Assembly: GCA_046563655.1 (NCBI GenBank)
Contig: CM102284.1
Span: 3,906,001 to 3,970,000, forward strand
Direction of reading: 5' to 3'
Length of the DNA: 64,000 nucleotides
Source of the DNA: Yuukianura sp. NJ FZ-2021
Lineage: Eukaryota
Position numbers and translations under genes: made by a program. This document shows positions 1-14,493 of this stretch, in pieces. Every line of letters begins with the position of its first letter. Position 1 is the stretch's first letter. The notes beneath the pieces are model-generated. The model ran no database searches. It worked only from the letters and a program-made list of their open reading frames with translations, and had not been told where the DNA came from.

Positions 1-944
1 TACAAAAAACCAGGCCAAAAGGCTTTTGTTCTTTTCCCATAGCTTTTTCAAAAAATTCAGGGAGGATTTTGTAAAGATTTTTTTGAAATTTCAAAATTGC
101 GTCCCTCTGGGCCGTGGGGATGGAAAAAGTCTATTGAAATGTCACCCTCTTCTGTTCAAAAAGTGTAAAGAATTGAAAGTCTTTGGGCGTTACTCAGGGA
201 AAAAATGGTATAAATCCAGTGGGAATTCCAGTGATGTTGGCACAGTAGAGATGTAGTCACCACATCTTCAAGATCTGATCTTCCTGATCTGGAAGATCAC
301 TTTTCCTTGTGTCCTCTGTACATACTACTTTGTAAAGTCGTTTTACTATTTTTTACTAACTTTAATTCTTAACGTGTCAGTAGGCTTTACGTAATAAGAT
401 TCAAATTCCCTAGAGAATTCATGGGAGATTCACAATGCAGATTGAGGATCTCCTTAATGTCTGTTCAAGCAGGAATTCAATTTAAATTCACTTTTAGTTT
501 TGAAGAGGACACTCAATTCATAAAACGGTAAGATATCCTGTTTATGGTTTATCAAAATTATAGTAATTTTCAATACACTGTTAAGTTTTCATATTTTTAA
601 ATTACGAAATTATTGGTTAGTGGAAAATGCGCAGTCAGAGGTGTTAAGTGGACTCATTATTTTTTAATAGGTCTCGTGCTAAATCTCCGCCCGCTTCTTT
701 TGCATTCTAAAAATAAACTTTCATCTCTCACAATCAGCGATCATGGGATGATCCGTCCAGTTCTACTTTTCTAACAAACAACACAACCAACAACAAAGTA
801 AGCAAACTTTAGCCTAACTTAAGATACCCTAACTTTACTAACCTTAAATTGCTAAATATTTTGGAAATTCGACATTTCAGTTCAAAATTTTTAGCATATT
901 TTGATTTTTAAATTTCCAGTGCTACTATTCGTTTCGAGTTACCG

Positions 945-2793
945 ATGCTTCCCACCTCACTGTCACTTTGCGGAGTTTTTGCCGCCATTTTCCTGTCGTA
1001 CATCACTTGGCTCATCTACAAACGTATTCAGCACTTTCAATTGTTTCGATCTCTCGGAATTCCTGGACCACAACCTTCATACATCTTCGGCAACATCCGT
1101 GATCTACGATATTCCAAAGGCCTGTCTCCTATAGATGTCCAAGGCACTTGGTCCAAGCAGTTCGGAAGCATCTATGGCTACTTCTCCGGAGCAATTCCAG
1201 TCATCGTCATTCAGGATCTGGACATAGTCAAGGACGTCCTTATCAGAAATGCTCAGAAGTTCATCAATCGACCTAAACTGGTGGTCAACACCAAACCAGT
1301 GTCTCATACTCTCGTAGGACTCAGAGGTCAACGATGGAAAGACGTTCGGTCTGTCCTTACTCCTACGTTTTCTGCCTCCAAGATGCGTCAGATGAGTCCG
1401 CTCATGTCACAAAGTCTAACAGAAACGCTGGAAATACTGGACAGGCTCAAAGATTCTTCCGAAGGATTCGATGTCGTTTCATTGTATCAAGGCCTCACTT
1501 GCGATGTCATCAGCAAATGTGCTCTAGCAATGAAAGTTAACTGCCAGGCTGATCCGAACGACCAGTTCCTGTCAGCCGTCAAGGGGTTTCTGGCGCATGC
1601 GCTGAATCCTGTTGTGATCTTTGCCGTCTGTTTTCCCATCGTTGGCAAAGTCCTTGGGATGATCGTCAATCGATTTGCAGTTTCTGGTCAGATGACGACG
1701 ATGATCATAGAAAACGTGGCGAAGGTGCTGAAATTCCGGAGAGAGGAGGCTGCAAAAGATGTTTTGGAGGGAAGATCAACTGGCCAAGCAAAGTACTTGG
1801 ACGTTCTGCAACTGATGATTGACGCAGCTGAATTCAACGAAGAGCGACGTCAACTGACGGATGACGAGATCATTGCCAATGCCTGGGTCTTTGTCCTGGG
1901 AGGATTTGAAACAACTGCAAGTGCTATGGCATTTACAACGTATCTCCTTACGCTTCATCCCGATGTTCAGGAACGTCTGTTTCAAGAACTCCAGTCTGCA
2001 TTTGGTGTAAGTGGGCTCAAATATTGTTAATCCTAATCCACTTTCTAAGCTCAAATTTTGAAAAATTTTTGTTTTCAGATTGACGAAGTTCCTACTTATG
2101 AGCAAATAAGCAGCTTAGTCTATTTGGATCAAATTATCTGTGAAACTCTGCGTCTGTACCCGCCTGTCGTCACATTTATCGTTAGAGAGGTCGGGGAGGA
2201 GTGCCAAATTGGGCCATATCGAGTTCCGCCTAACGTTACCATCAACATTCCCGTTTGGCAAATTCACCATAACCCCAAACTGTGGCCAGATCCGTACAAA
2301 TTTGACCCGGAACGATTTAGTCAAGCGAATAAGAAAACTCATCACTCCATGGCTTGGATTCCATTCGGTAAATAGTTTAGAATTGTCCTGTTCTTAAATA
2401 TTTTTTAGAAAGTTCCATCCTCCAAATTGGAAGCGCACTGAACTTTTAGTTCAAATTGTGAGTAATTTTTTTCGAAAAAATGTTAAGGTGCTGGACCAAG
2501 AAATTGCATCGGGTCGAGATTCGGTTTACTGGAAACCAAATTGGCAATTGCAAAAATATTCCGAACTTTCAAGTACGTCTACTCAAAATACTAAAAATGC
2601 GAAAGAAAAACTCTGAAAAATACATTTCTTGTTGATTTTTTCATAGTTTAATATGTATTAATTTTTTTTGATGTGGTCTTCTAGATTTCTACCTTCAAGT
2701 CGTACTGAGCAAAAATTGGAGCTTTGTGTCCCTACTGTAGTCATTTCACCGAAAAACGGGATTTACCTAAGATGCGAACGAAGATTAAGTTAG
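945..2793 (+). CDS. Cytochrome P450, CYP3-clan-like; predicted exons 945-2006, 2079-2367, 2488-2572, 2685-2793
   Basis: N-terminal membrane anchor plus proline hinge (IPGP), I-helix GGFETT, K-helix ETLR and PERF. The heme motif PFG|AGPRNCIG is rebuilt across a GT-AG intron. Stop TAG at 2791-2793. Confidence 0.93.
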
Positions 2794-3438
2794 AGGGCCG
2801 CGTTTTTTCTTGAAATCTTCGATTTTCTAAAACTGCTGCTCTATTTTTGAAATTGTGGGTATGATTTTATGTTACCTTGATTTTTATTAGTCATTTTCTT
2901 GATCCTGTTTTAATGTTAGACTTTTTGTTGATTTCCTAATTGTTATAATTATATTTTAACTAGAATAGGAATTGGTATACAATACCAGTTTAGGTAAGAA
3001 AGGGTGTACGAGATCCCACTCTCTACCCTGTGCAACAATGGCCCGGTGAAACAACTGTACATAAAATCATAGACTATAATTTATTTTATAATAATTATTA
3101 ATTAGTATATTAGGTTTTATTGTAACTGTTTGTGTTAAGAGTTAAATAGAGTTGAGAACATAACAATTAAACAATATTATTCATTACCCAATTCTACTTC
3201 GGAAGCACTAAAACCTTCCAAATTAAGGCATCAAAAGAACTCCAGGAAATTGAAGGATTTGGGTGTCCCAGAACTTTTTATTTTCACTCGATCGATATGC
3301 TAAGCATCTTAGCAACATAAGAATAACAACAATGACGAACCTTTTAGACAGCACATGCATACACTCTCACGTATTAAAACTAGCAGTGAGGTCCTTTCTT
3401 CCTAAAAAAAAACTAACTTTTCAGAAAAAAATTTCAAA

Positions 3439-4231
3439 ATGAAACTGAAAATTTTAGTAGTTGGACCCTCTCAGGTACTTTCACTGCTTGAAATTCTGAA
3501 CGAAACTTTTTAATTGTTAAAAATGTACTTCACATTTTTTAGGCAGGCAAAACATCGTTGACGAACGTTTTGGGCAAAGAGAGCATTTCAGTTGACAATT
3601 CAACCAGTGGATCCAGAATTCCTTATTACCCGACACGGGCTGTCAGAATTGTGGATTTTCCTCTGTCTGTCTATGGACCAAAAAAACAAAAGATGGAAGC
3701 CAACATTCAACTCTGGGAAATCGGCGGAGATCCCAAGTGAGTTTGTTAACCTAACCTAATTTCAACTGACCTAGTTAAAATAACTAAACTAACCTGGTTA
3801 TGCCATAAACAATTTGTTGAAAAGTTGGAAGAAACTATAGAACTTGAGTGAATACATTACATAAAATTTTTTCAATAATTTTTGGAAGGTTGAAAGCAAT
3901 TTGGCCTGGAGCTCAGAAAGACGCTGATGGAATCATGATTGTTTACAAGACGCTTGAAGAGATGCAGGTCAACGACGCTTCTGCTTTGCACATGCATTTC
4001 TTGACCCATTCCAATTCAGGACTTACTGCGAGTCAATGTTTCGTCATTGGCAACAATTTTCGGGGAATGCGGGAACTCGGACCACAGAAAATCGTTGGAA
4101 TCAGTCAACGCGTGAGACACATCGCACTGAACGTGGAGGACGACATCAACTACTTGAGGGAAGAATTTCAAAGTTTTATTTCAGGAGTTGCGCAAATCAT
4201 GTTCGAAAGAGAGAAAGGAACAGGGCAATAA
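3439..4231 (+). CDS. IFT22: Intraflagellar transport protein 22 / Rab-like 5 small GTPase (3 exons)
   Basis: Spliced product MKLKILVVGPSQ|AGKTSLTNVL...YYPTRAVRIVDF...IQLWEIGGDPK..AIWPGAQKDADGIMIVY. The P-loop and later motifs match the IFT22/RABL5 pattern (YxPTxxVRI, LWxxGGD, WPxxxKDAxGxxxV). Confidence 0.82.
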
Positions 4232-4367
4232 AATATATTCAGACAGCCAATACTTAAAATTTTGGAAATTTTGAAACTTAAATTTTAGAATTCAGAGGCT
4301 AAACTATTTCTTTAGGTGAAGTTCAGGGTAGAATTCTCTGTATGATTCAAGCTAAACCGATTTTTGT

Positions 4368-5150
4368 TTAAACTTGGTCAAAGTCGTCCGGATTTTCGTA
4401 AATGACCGGCGGTGGTTGTGTGGCATCCGGGCGGGTTTCAAAGTACCCTTGGAATGCACTGGACAGTCTATAGCGGACGACATCAAATGCATCTGGGTAG
4501 CGTAGGAAGTGTGACCAAAGGTGAACTTTGTAATCGAAGTTGTGGATGGTGAAAATGATGTCCTGGTAGTCCTGAAAGTATCGGTCGTCCCTGAATGCGT
4601 CAACGCTGATCAGCGGAATGCCATCTAGGAAGATGTACTCCCCGTCACCAGGAACCACGGCCAAGGCAAACCGCACATCCGGGTAAGCGCTCCTCGTTAG
4701 TTTGTCTGTGGTGGTCACGCCCTCTTCGCAGATATGTCCATTCGTCATATTCTGAATGATGTACCTGTACTGGTTGATGGGATGAGGAACCCACTGCAGC
4801 AGAAGGACCTCTCCCTCTAGGTAATTTTAGTTAAAAGAGAATTATTTGAGATTAAAATAAATAAATATAATATTAATTTTAATATTACCATCGTTGAGTA
4901 CTGGGTTGGATGGTTCCACTACGATAGGGGTTGGGGACTCCTGAGTTTCTTTGAGCAAGTCCTCCGCCGAAATTTCTTCAAGTTGTTCCTATCATTTCAA
5001 AAAAAAAATTCTTTGTGTTCTTCAAATCTGAATTTTTTGAAGATTTTCAAAAAAATTTAAGAAATAGTGAATTATTTATTACTGTACCTCACTAGCTGCT
5101 GCAAAAGCAGCCAGAACCATGAACACAAAAAGTTTACAGAACCTCGACAT
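4368..5150 (-). CDS. Uncharacterised secreted protein (3 exons: 5150-5088, 4988-~4889, ~4818-4368)
   Basis: Signal peptide MSRFCKLFVFMVLAAFAAA and acidic linker EEQLEEISAEDLLKE. Splices in frame through canonical GT/AG sites into ORF 4368-4748. Confidence 0.7.
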
Positions 5151-6065
5151 TTTCGAAAGTGAAATATTTCTTTTCAATTTTAAAATTTTAGCGAAAGTTT
5201 GCAGTTTAGAGTTAAAGTTTTCGGGGATTTGAACGAGGACGAGGAGTTCGGAGTGATATTTATACCTTCGGATTAAACTAGTTCTGTCATCTCATTTTTT
5301 AGATCATGACACATGAAGGCAATGATATTGGATCACTGAAAACTGTTTTTCTACTAAAAGAACTTAAAGCTGAGATAATTTTTACAATTTTTTGGTAAAA
5401 GTCTGAGGCTGTTCGCTGCCTTGCATTTAGATCAGCCTAAATGATCAATCGGCTAAAAATTAAGCAAGAATGGCCTTTTTCTCAAGGAAAAAACTTTTGT
5501 TTTCCATTTGAAATTAGCGTGTCCAACTTTTCCTTTTTCGATTAGCACTAGTTTCGCTAAAGATCTTAAACGTTGTAAAAAGCGGCCGACCTTTGACCTG
5601 CTAATGATAAAGCGGCCGACTTTTGACCTTAGTAACGATTACTAGCCTAGCACCGCACCTTTGACTGTGCAAAATTGTGCAGGCGGCCGACCTTTGACCT
5701 GAAAACAATTTTTTGGGTGTCAAAGTCCACGAAATTGTGGTTTTCGTCGTCAGCATACAAATTCAATTAAAAAAAATGATATCTAAAGATCTGATGGAAT
5801 AATTAGGGGCAGGGATAACTTCCTTCTGGTTAGATTCTTAATTAACGCCTTGGCAAATATCTTAATTAGAAAACTTTTTTTAAACTTGAAATTGTAGCAA
5901 GTTGCTGACAAACTAGTCTAACTGCGAAGGTTAGATTAGTAAGACGTAAGCGCTTGGATATAAATCTGGTAGGTGTTTGAATCGATTTAATCACTTCGCT
6001 TTGAACTGTCAAGCACTCACGTTATTTTGACCTTAGAAATCCAGCGTTGACCAGCAACAAGGAAA

Positions 6066-6447
6066 ATGGGCCTGTTTTGGTTGATTGGAATTTGCTTGTG
6101 CTTGCAATTTGCAACTACTTCTGTTTCCGGGGACATCGAAGATTGTAACTCCAAAATTCGTTACGTCTCTAACTGCATGCGTCAAGCGGAGTCTGCATGT
6201 GCGTCTGGATACGAAATCACCGTGGAGTGTACGGGTACTGGAGAACAGTATTCAGAGTGCTGTTCACAAGAACTTCGGAAATTGAAAAGATGTAATTAAA
6301 CTTAACATTTTAAATCTATTTCAGAAAAATATATCAATTATTACAATGCTTTTAGTTCGAGATGGGAATGACGCTGATGAGAGGATGAAGCGTGGGTCAA
6401 GGTTCAGAGGTTACCCGCCAATTAAGGCTGGACGAGGAGGCAAATAA
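6066..6447 (+). CDS. Small secreted 6-Cys peptide precursor (exons 6066-6291, 6356-6447)
   Basis: TATA-like TATAAA near 5959, signal peptide MGLFWLIGICLCLQFATTSVSG, six cysteines ending in CC, in-frame second exon ending TAA at 6445-6447, AATAAA near 6521. Confidence 0.72.
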
Positions 6448-7822
6448 CAATTTCTAAACATTTTGTTGCTGAAGCGTCGCTTTAAAAGCTGTAATGCCTT
6501 TGAAATTTTAACAAACTACAAATAAATCAATAAATCGGGTTGAATCATGTTCATGACGTAATTTTCAATTAACTTGAATTAACTTTTCATTTGGACTGTA
6601 CAAGTGCCTAGAAGCATTGACCGATCTCCAGTACAGTTATAGCATATTCCGACTCTAGTACTAGACAATAATCGATATAAATCAAGAGCTAAATTACATT
6701 TAAACTTTAATCTAAGCCGAATTAACTCAATTAAGTAAACTTTCAAATTAAACTTTCGTAATTCCTGCAGTAGAAAAGAAATTAAAGAATAGCGTTGTTG
6801 CTGAAACTAAAAACCAAGTTTTTGTGCCCTCTGTTGGCTTTTGTAGCCGAAAAAAAGCCAACTCTGCTCTGTAGATGTCAGATGAGCATGAAAAGCTCAT
6901 CCTCATGAAACACATTTTCAATTGAGCTTATGGAACTTCACAAATTTGGAATTTTCTGGAGTTAGTTGAAGTTTAATTGTAACACTATTATGTTGGTGGG
7001 ATGAGACAATAATTGTTAGTACTAAATTTGGGTTGGAATGTAGTGTCAAAGGTTATTTGATTGTTAGATCAGTTGGATTGTGTTGATGGTTGAGGTTGCC
7101 TTTTCGCCTGAAGTAGGGGAGATGAAGTGGATTTGTGCTGAGACTTTATCTTTGCGCAGCGGCAATATCGTAACCGATGAGGTTTTACCGAGGTGCGATT
7201 ATTGCTAGTTGAAAACTTTAACCAATACTCCGCGCGTGTTGAAGTGAAATACCTTCGGCCGTCGCAATTTTTGGAGACCCTCACGGGTCAAATTTTAAAA
7301 ATGGAAAACACTTCTTGGAAAAGGAGTGTGAAGAAATTCACACTTGCAGAGGAGTGCATGTAAAGATGAAAGTGCATGGAGACAGCAGATTCCAACTTTA
7401 TGATTTTAACGTTTCAAGATTGAAAAAGAACAACTTGGGGAAAGTTTTTTCGAAAGCTATAAATGAAACCATAATGATTAATCGGGTGATGTAATATGCA
7501 AATAAATTCTACACAAACTTGTGTAGAGGAAACATTTTTGCAACAAAAGTTAATTCGAATAGATTTTTGAACTTTTTCTTTTGAATCATTTTTCATAAAA
7601 TCTAAAACGAAGTGGAGAAAGTTGTTAGGGAAACTGCATACTAAACATCCAAACCCTTCATTCTTTGTCACAGGAAGTTATTATAGCCCAACTTTTTCGA
7701 AATTCGCACAAAAGACTGCAAAAAAGGAAGTTTGAATTTTTTGCAACAAAAGTTCACTATTCCGAGGAATTTTGGGAATCTTTCTCTTTTAACTTGAGCA
7801 GTAGTGTGACGGTCTCCTGAGA

Positions 7823-10800
7823 ATGATGGGTACGCTTGCAAATAGACTGGAGAAGTTAGAGAAAGACTTGTACATGTTGACAGCAATGCAGCACTTCATG
7901 GCCGACGCTGATTTTGGACTCGAAGTACATGAACTCCCGACTCGGGATGTTTCGGTGACCAATAATAGAATTCCAAGCGTCAGACCCAAAGCCCCTCCCC
8001 GGAAAATTGTTCGTCCTTCCAGCCCCCCTCGACCTCCACCAGACAGCGCAGTAGCCGCTGATACATCCAATTCCAAAGAACAAGTGGAAGTGACGCTTGC
8101 AGCTCTGCAGCAACAGCACAACGAAACGCTCCAAAAATTATCCTGTGCAGAATCTAAGCTGGAGCTCCAGGAGCAAAATTTTGCAGAAGCCAAATCAGAC
8201 CTTTTGGCAAAGCTTAAACAGGTTCCGTCCGATTCCGAAAAACTAAATGTTCCAAAGAATCTCATTTCTCGGTTTCTAATACTTCTAAATGTTTTTGTTA
8301 TAAATATCAAATATGTAAATGAATTGTAATCAACATTTTTGTTATATTTAATTAAAATTTTAAATGCATGTATTTTTTTCTGCTATTAATAGACGGAGAG
8401 TCAACTTGAGCGTGAGAATGAATGTAAGAATGGACTACTTCGGTTGACCTTGCAAATGAAAAATCAACTTCAGCAAAAGTGTAAAGAAATCACAGATTTG
8501 GAAAACAGCATTGTAACACTTAAGGTTAGTATTACAACTACATTAATTACAACTACATACTACACTGTAGATTTAATTTTAATTAATTTTGTTTAAATTG
8601 AAATCATAATTTAAGTAAACTAAATAACTAACTATAAAACTAATTCAATGCATTCCAATTCAATTACATGAGCATGGAGTAATGCAGGGACAATTAAATA
8701 ACTGTTTAACAATATTGTCTTCTATAGAGCGAAAACGACAAAATTCTGAAAGATGCTGAAGCTACTCAGAAGCAGAGTGAAAAGGCAGTTTTGGATTCAA
8801 CAGAACTTGCCCAGCGATTAGACATTTTAAAACAGGAAAAAAGCGTACTGCAACAAGCCATTTTGGATTTAGAACAAAAACAAAAGGAAGATCAGCGATC
8901 TCATGACCTGTAAATTTTTAATCAAAAACAGCCTTAACTTAAATTAAGTATGCAATTCCAATGTTTTCCAGAAAAGTCGAGACGTGTATCAAACAGGAAC
9001 AGAAACTTCTGAGCCAAGTGAACCAACTAATAGCAAAATGTGCTCAAATTGATCAAGTGAGGCAAACTGCCACGACAGAAGTGAAACGCCTCCAGGAAAT
9101 GTAAGCAATTGTCGTAGTTAGAAAAATTACGTAGAAAATTCAATTTAAAACTTCAGTTTTTCTTAAATTTCAAGACTCACTAACAAGGAATCCGAAGTTC
9201 AGAAATTGGTTGAACAGAATTCCAAGCTGGAATCAGCGATGGAGCGATCTGAAGTGCTCCATCAGTGTGCCTTGGACAAAGTGCGATTAGACTTGGAAGC
9301 TCAAGTTGCACAAGGGAACCAAACGATATCATCTTGCTACAACGTTCTAAAACAGACGAAGGTCACACTACTAAAATTCAATGCCGAAAAGACATCGCTG
9401 CAAGAATCGCTTCAAAAAGAACTCAAGTCAAACCAATCGCTGCAAATTCAACTGGAACAAAAAAGTGCAGAATTTGAGGCCCTTAGGAACACTAAGGACC
9501 TCGACGCAGAAACTACAAAGTCCCTTCTACATGACGCTCAGGGGGCCCTTGAGAAACTCAAACACAAAAATCAAGACTTTCAACGAACATTACTAAAACT
9601 GAAACTTGAAAATTCAAAATTGACCAAACGCATGATCTCTGAAGAAGAACAATTTGACCAAAAATTCAAAAAATTGGAAGAAAGGAACTCTGAACTGGAG
9701 GAAGAAAAGTCGAATTCGAAGTAAATTTTGAATTTTCAGAAATCTTTTTCTGTAGAAATCCATTTCACCTTCTCTATGTATTATCACCTAAACAAAAAAT
9801 TTCTGTTTAATATTTCAGAAAAGAGTTCAAAAATTTGAGTGACAACTTTTCTATTCTACAAAAAATTTCCGAAGACCAAATTCAGTCTATCCAGAAACTG
9901 AAATCGGAAGTTGAAGAATTGCGGAAAACCGAATCAGGCTTAAAAGTTCAGCTCAGAAAAGTACAAGATTCGGAGGAAAGTTATGTTCGGAGATGCAATG
10001 GAGACAAACAAGTGATTGGAGATTTGGAAGATGAAGTGGAATACTTGCAAAACAAACTTGCAAATTTGCAAGATGATTTGAAGAAACATAGTTGTGAGGA
10101 CTTTGTAGAGTCTACTTGTAAAAAGAAAATGATCCAATTGGAGAAAGCAGTTGCCCAACAAAAGTTGGCTTGGGAAAGCTCTATTCAAAATTTAACGTCG
10201 GAACGTGACAAAGCAACCGCTGCTGCCAAGTATCCACAAGCACTTCGAAAATTCCTGAAAAATACTTTTCAAAATATTAGATCATTTCAACTTATGAAAT
10301 TTGAAAAAATTAGGAAAGCGCTGAGCAAAGTGGTTGAGCTGAAAGCAGAGTGTGATGGGAACATTGCCGAGGTTCAATCTCAAGCAAAACAGGAACTGCT
10401 CAAGTACCAGGTCGAAGGTCGCAGAGAACTGTCTGAAAAAATGTTACGGGTAACAAAATTTCCTTTTCAAAAATACAAAACTTCAAAAAAAACTGAACAA
10501 AATCTTTTTTTTGATTCTTCATTCATTTCATTCAAGAGTGATTTTTTTTTTCAAAAACAACTTTTTCAGTAAAATTACATAAAAATTGGACATTTTTTCT
10601 ATTCTTTTACCCCTTGCAACACAGATTCAAACTTTGGAAGTAGAAATGGACCGAATTCGTCAAAATTCTGCACAAACGCAGCAGAGCCTGACTCAGCGAA
10701 TCCAGCAATTACAGTCCGCGTTAAATATCTGCGTCGGTTCATTTACGCAGCATCAGACACAACAACCATTTTTTCAACAAAGTTTCATGCCTCCTCCTTC

Positions 10801-10843
10801 TGGCGGCATTTCCTCAACAATTGGATCCACATTTCTAGGTTAG
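7823..10843 (+). CDS. Multi-exon long coiled-coil protein of unknown function
   Basis: Series of same-strand E/K/Q/L-rich heptad ORFs (7823, 9206, 9835, 10586) separated by short AT-rich introns. Pro-rich patch near the N-terminus. AATAAA near 10897 and 10927. Confidence 0.7.
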
Positions 10844-13800
10844 GAGTGTTTGATTTATGGCTTGTTTTTAGCACGAGCACATTTTTTCCTCAGTTTAATA
10901 AAATTGTACGCAGCAAAAACTTGTCCAATAAAAATCTGTTGTTGATCTGCACAATGTGGAGATCTGCAAATGTCGAGGAAAGATTCAAGTTGTAATTAAG
11001 TAACCATCTGCTTCTGCATCCTAATGTGGGTGCCATTCCATGTCAAATCGTTTCCATCCTACAACAAAGTGGAAAAGTTAGGTAGTACCTAAAAAATTGC
11101 AATCAAGGTGGCAATGGCGTGTGCGTATCAACTTTTTTCTCATTTTTCCAAATTTTTTTGGGGAATTCGTAAAACTCATTTGCTAAAATTCCTCTCTTTT
11201 TTGCAAAATTTCCAAAGATTATTTGGTGTTTCCCGGCAGAGCATAAAAGAAAATTGGTTAAAAAGTTTCGTCTAAATGTCCAAGTTTTTCGACGTTGAAA
11301 GAATCAAAGACTGTTGACCTGCATCGCCGTTTAATAAAAGTTTTTCCCAACTCTTGTGATTTGTGAAGTTTGAGATTCTAAAACATTTTCAAGAAATTAT
11401 GACAAATCCAATCACAAATCGCCAAATCCTCCCTCCTTCGCATAAGTCTACCGCTACCAACCTCTCATCTTTTGTTGCAGTCAGCACATGATAAACGTTT
11501 CAATGTAATTTATTTCACGACATCTCCAGTGCTGACACTTCAATGAGTTAGTTTATCCTAACGGAACTAAACAAAGAAGCACCGTTTGCTGACTCCAAGT
11601 CTGTAATAAATCACAGAAACACACAAACATACAAGTCAAGATCTTTGATTTATTCACAAATTAACAGGACGGAAATAAATATTTTGGATACCAAAAGATT
11701 TTCAATGAATTGGATTTGATTTATGGAACCGTGACCGCAGCGTTGTATTGTATCAAAATTGTATCAAAACCGAATCTAACAATCAACAATTTATCCGAAG
11801 AAATTTTAAAGAAACTGAATGAAACTATTGAAACTTCAAAATTCCTTTGATTTTGAATTTGAAGTTTACGAAATAGAGCTTTTTACTTCTGAAAATGTTT
11901 GGAAGAGTTTCCGGAATTTCTGGGATTTTGAATTTTTGAAAAGTTGAAGTACGCATTGTTAAACTTTATTTTTCTTAATCTTTACACCTTTTCCTTGTTC
12001 AGCTAAAGATGAACTTCAAAGTTTCACTTTGAAGGAAATCCATTGTTGTCTGTGGCTACCGTAGGGCTGAAGGTCCGCGTCAAAGTCAAGGGAGCATCAT
12101 TGTTCCAGGAATAATTCAAATCTTTTCTTCTTCTTTTCAATTGAATCTCTCAACTCTATCACTCAATTTGTCTACTTCAGCAGCCTCATCCCCCAATTCA
12201 ATTCTCATTGTTAGGAAGGCTGGTGGAAGCGTCAGGAATTACGGAAATTGAATCTCACCTGGAATCTTTGAGAAGATTGTTCATGCTTAACCCTGATCTA
12301 CCTCACCACTTCATCATCTCACATCAAGTCAAATTAAATGAAAAGACACGAGTCATCCTCAAACTAACCTATTCAACAGTTCTCTCCATCATCCAATCCT
12401 TAAAACTTAAACTTCAACTTGATTTTTACGTTACTACAAAGTTAGATTTTAGTCAGCGGCTTTAGACTACCCTCAATCTTGAATATTTAGGCGTTTCGAT
12501 CAAAAATATAACTAATTTTCTCCGAGTCGGTATTCGGATTACTGAAAAAAATGAACTTTTCATTTTTGTTTTCATTTTTCGGGTTAGGAAATTTGTATTT
12601 GACGAGCGGATGCGAACTTTTTCCCATGAATTTGGAAATGGGAGTGCCAAAATTTCGTCCGCTGAATGAAATAAGGTGAAAGATTTGGCTCTTCCGTCCT
12701 TTGAAATTCAAAGTAGGGGGAACAGGTTGTTTTGAACAGGAAGTCCATTCATTCTGAAAAAGGCTTTAGGACAGGAGAGGACTTAAGGGCTTCAGTAGCT
12801 CTGGGAAAAGTGGATTTGAAGGGCCTCCAAGATATGTCTTGGAGGCAGGGAAGCTCCACTTTTCTCGACTCTGTCTGTTCCCATGTCAGATGGCAACCGA
12901 AAATTATAAACTTCCAAATTATTCTGGTCGATTTTTCTTGTGCCACAACAGAAGCTCCCTTGGCACACGGGAGCTTAAGGTTACCCACGGTCACACCAAG
13001 GGCTTAAGTCCCACCAGAATTTTAAACAGCCAAAAATGAAATGGATTTGTTCTTTCCCATTCAAAGTTGAAATTGATTTGAGTGTGCTGGTAAAACCTAT
13101 GTTTAAAATAATAAAAATCAAAGTCTATCATCCGATGATTGAAGTTTAAGAACCCGAATGATAAAAAGCGTTCGGTAGCTGGCGACTGTCGTAATTTGGA
13201 AGTGTCAAATCCTTCATCACTTTTAGGCATGGAGCTGCAGATTATGAAATTCCTTTGTCGAGTCTGCTGAGAGTTGGTTAATGGGTGTCAAAGCTGTTTA
13301 GATAAACTGAATCGCTGATCAGCTTCTTTTGTCTTTGATAATGCTGACACGGCGTTTTAGCAGTTCTTGCCTTGAAACTTAAACAATTCTCACGTTAGTA
13401 GAACAAATAGCTCAGCTTAGTTTAGATTAGAATAGCTAGATTTGCTTCATTATAGTTCTGGACTTTGGCAAGTGACGCTTGAATCAACAGTGTGAATCAG
13501 AATTTCGTGTTTAACGTATCTCATAGATCATATTACTTTACAAATTGAATTTATTATAAAGTGTAAATTTATACAAAACATACTTAGAATTAGAATACAT
13601 ATTAAATTTTAACTAATCAAAACGATTGTTGACTTTCTCCAACTGCAACGACTTTCACATAAGGTAAGAATGGTAGAAATATTAGACTAAATTGTCTGGA
13701 TCTTATTTCTGCTCTTCTTATAGACTTACAGTGCAGACATGATTGTGACTACACAAAAAGAAGCACTACTGGTCCCTTCTCGCTCAGCAAAAACAATTTC

Positions 13801-14493
13801 AACCGTCCAAAGGCAAGTTTTAAAAAAAAAGCTCAAAAATTATTATTTTTTGCAAAACTTTTGCAGAAATTTTGTTGAGAAGCCCTATGATTAGTATAAG
13901 GTCTTCAGTTTCCTTGAAATTGCCTGAATCTGCGATCCCTTCCCTGAATTATGAAACTGTAGGGTACTTATTACCCCAAGTATCACTTCATTAACGCCCT
14001 CTTAAGTCTCCCGTAAAGGGCCCACTGTCTGGAGGAGTCTCCTTCCACAAGTGGGGTTAATTTGGCCATATTTTTGGCACTGAGCAACGGCAAATTATCC
14101 ACTTCAACAGCCATTTACGCAGTACTTTAAATTGTTTACGTCTGCTTATTATTACTTCTTTGTTTTCAAAAAGACTTTAATCTTTTTCCTTTTCAAAATT
14201 TGTACTTTCTTCTCGTCCAAATTTTGTATTAATCTTTATAACTAAAACACTTCATGGCTAAAAACAGATGCTGATGATCGATTATAGTGATTGATTTGAC
14301 TGAATTGGAGTTCTCGGTAATTACAATATGAGAATTCCGTATTAATGTTTTTAACTTGACCTTTGACCCGCTCAGAGCAGGTCATATGTAATACTGTTAA
14401 AAAATTAATAAGCTAGCTTGTTCCTACTATCGACACCGCTCAAACAAGAATTTACAATCCAATTTTACACCTTACTACAAGATTGTAGGTCAT

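Noticed and set aside
7823-10843. Assigning a named gene (myosin, centrosomal protein) to the coiled-coil ORFs
   Set aside because: Only generic heptad composition; no diagnostic domain recognised.
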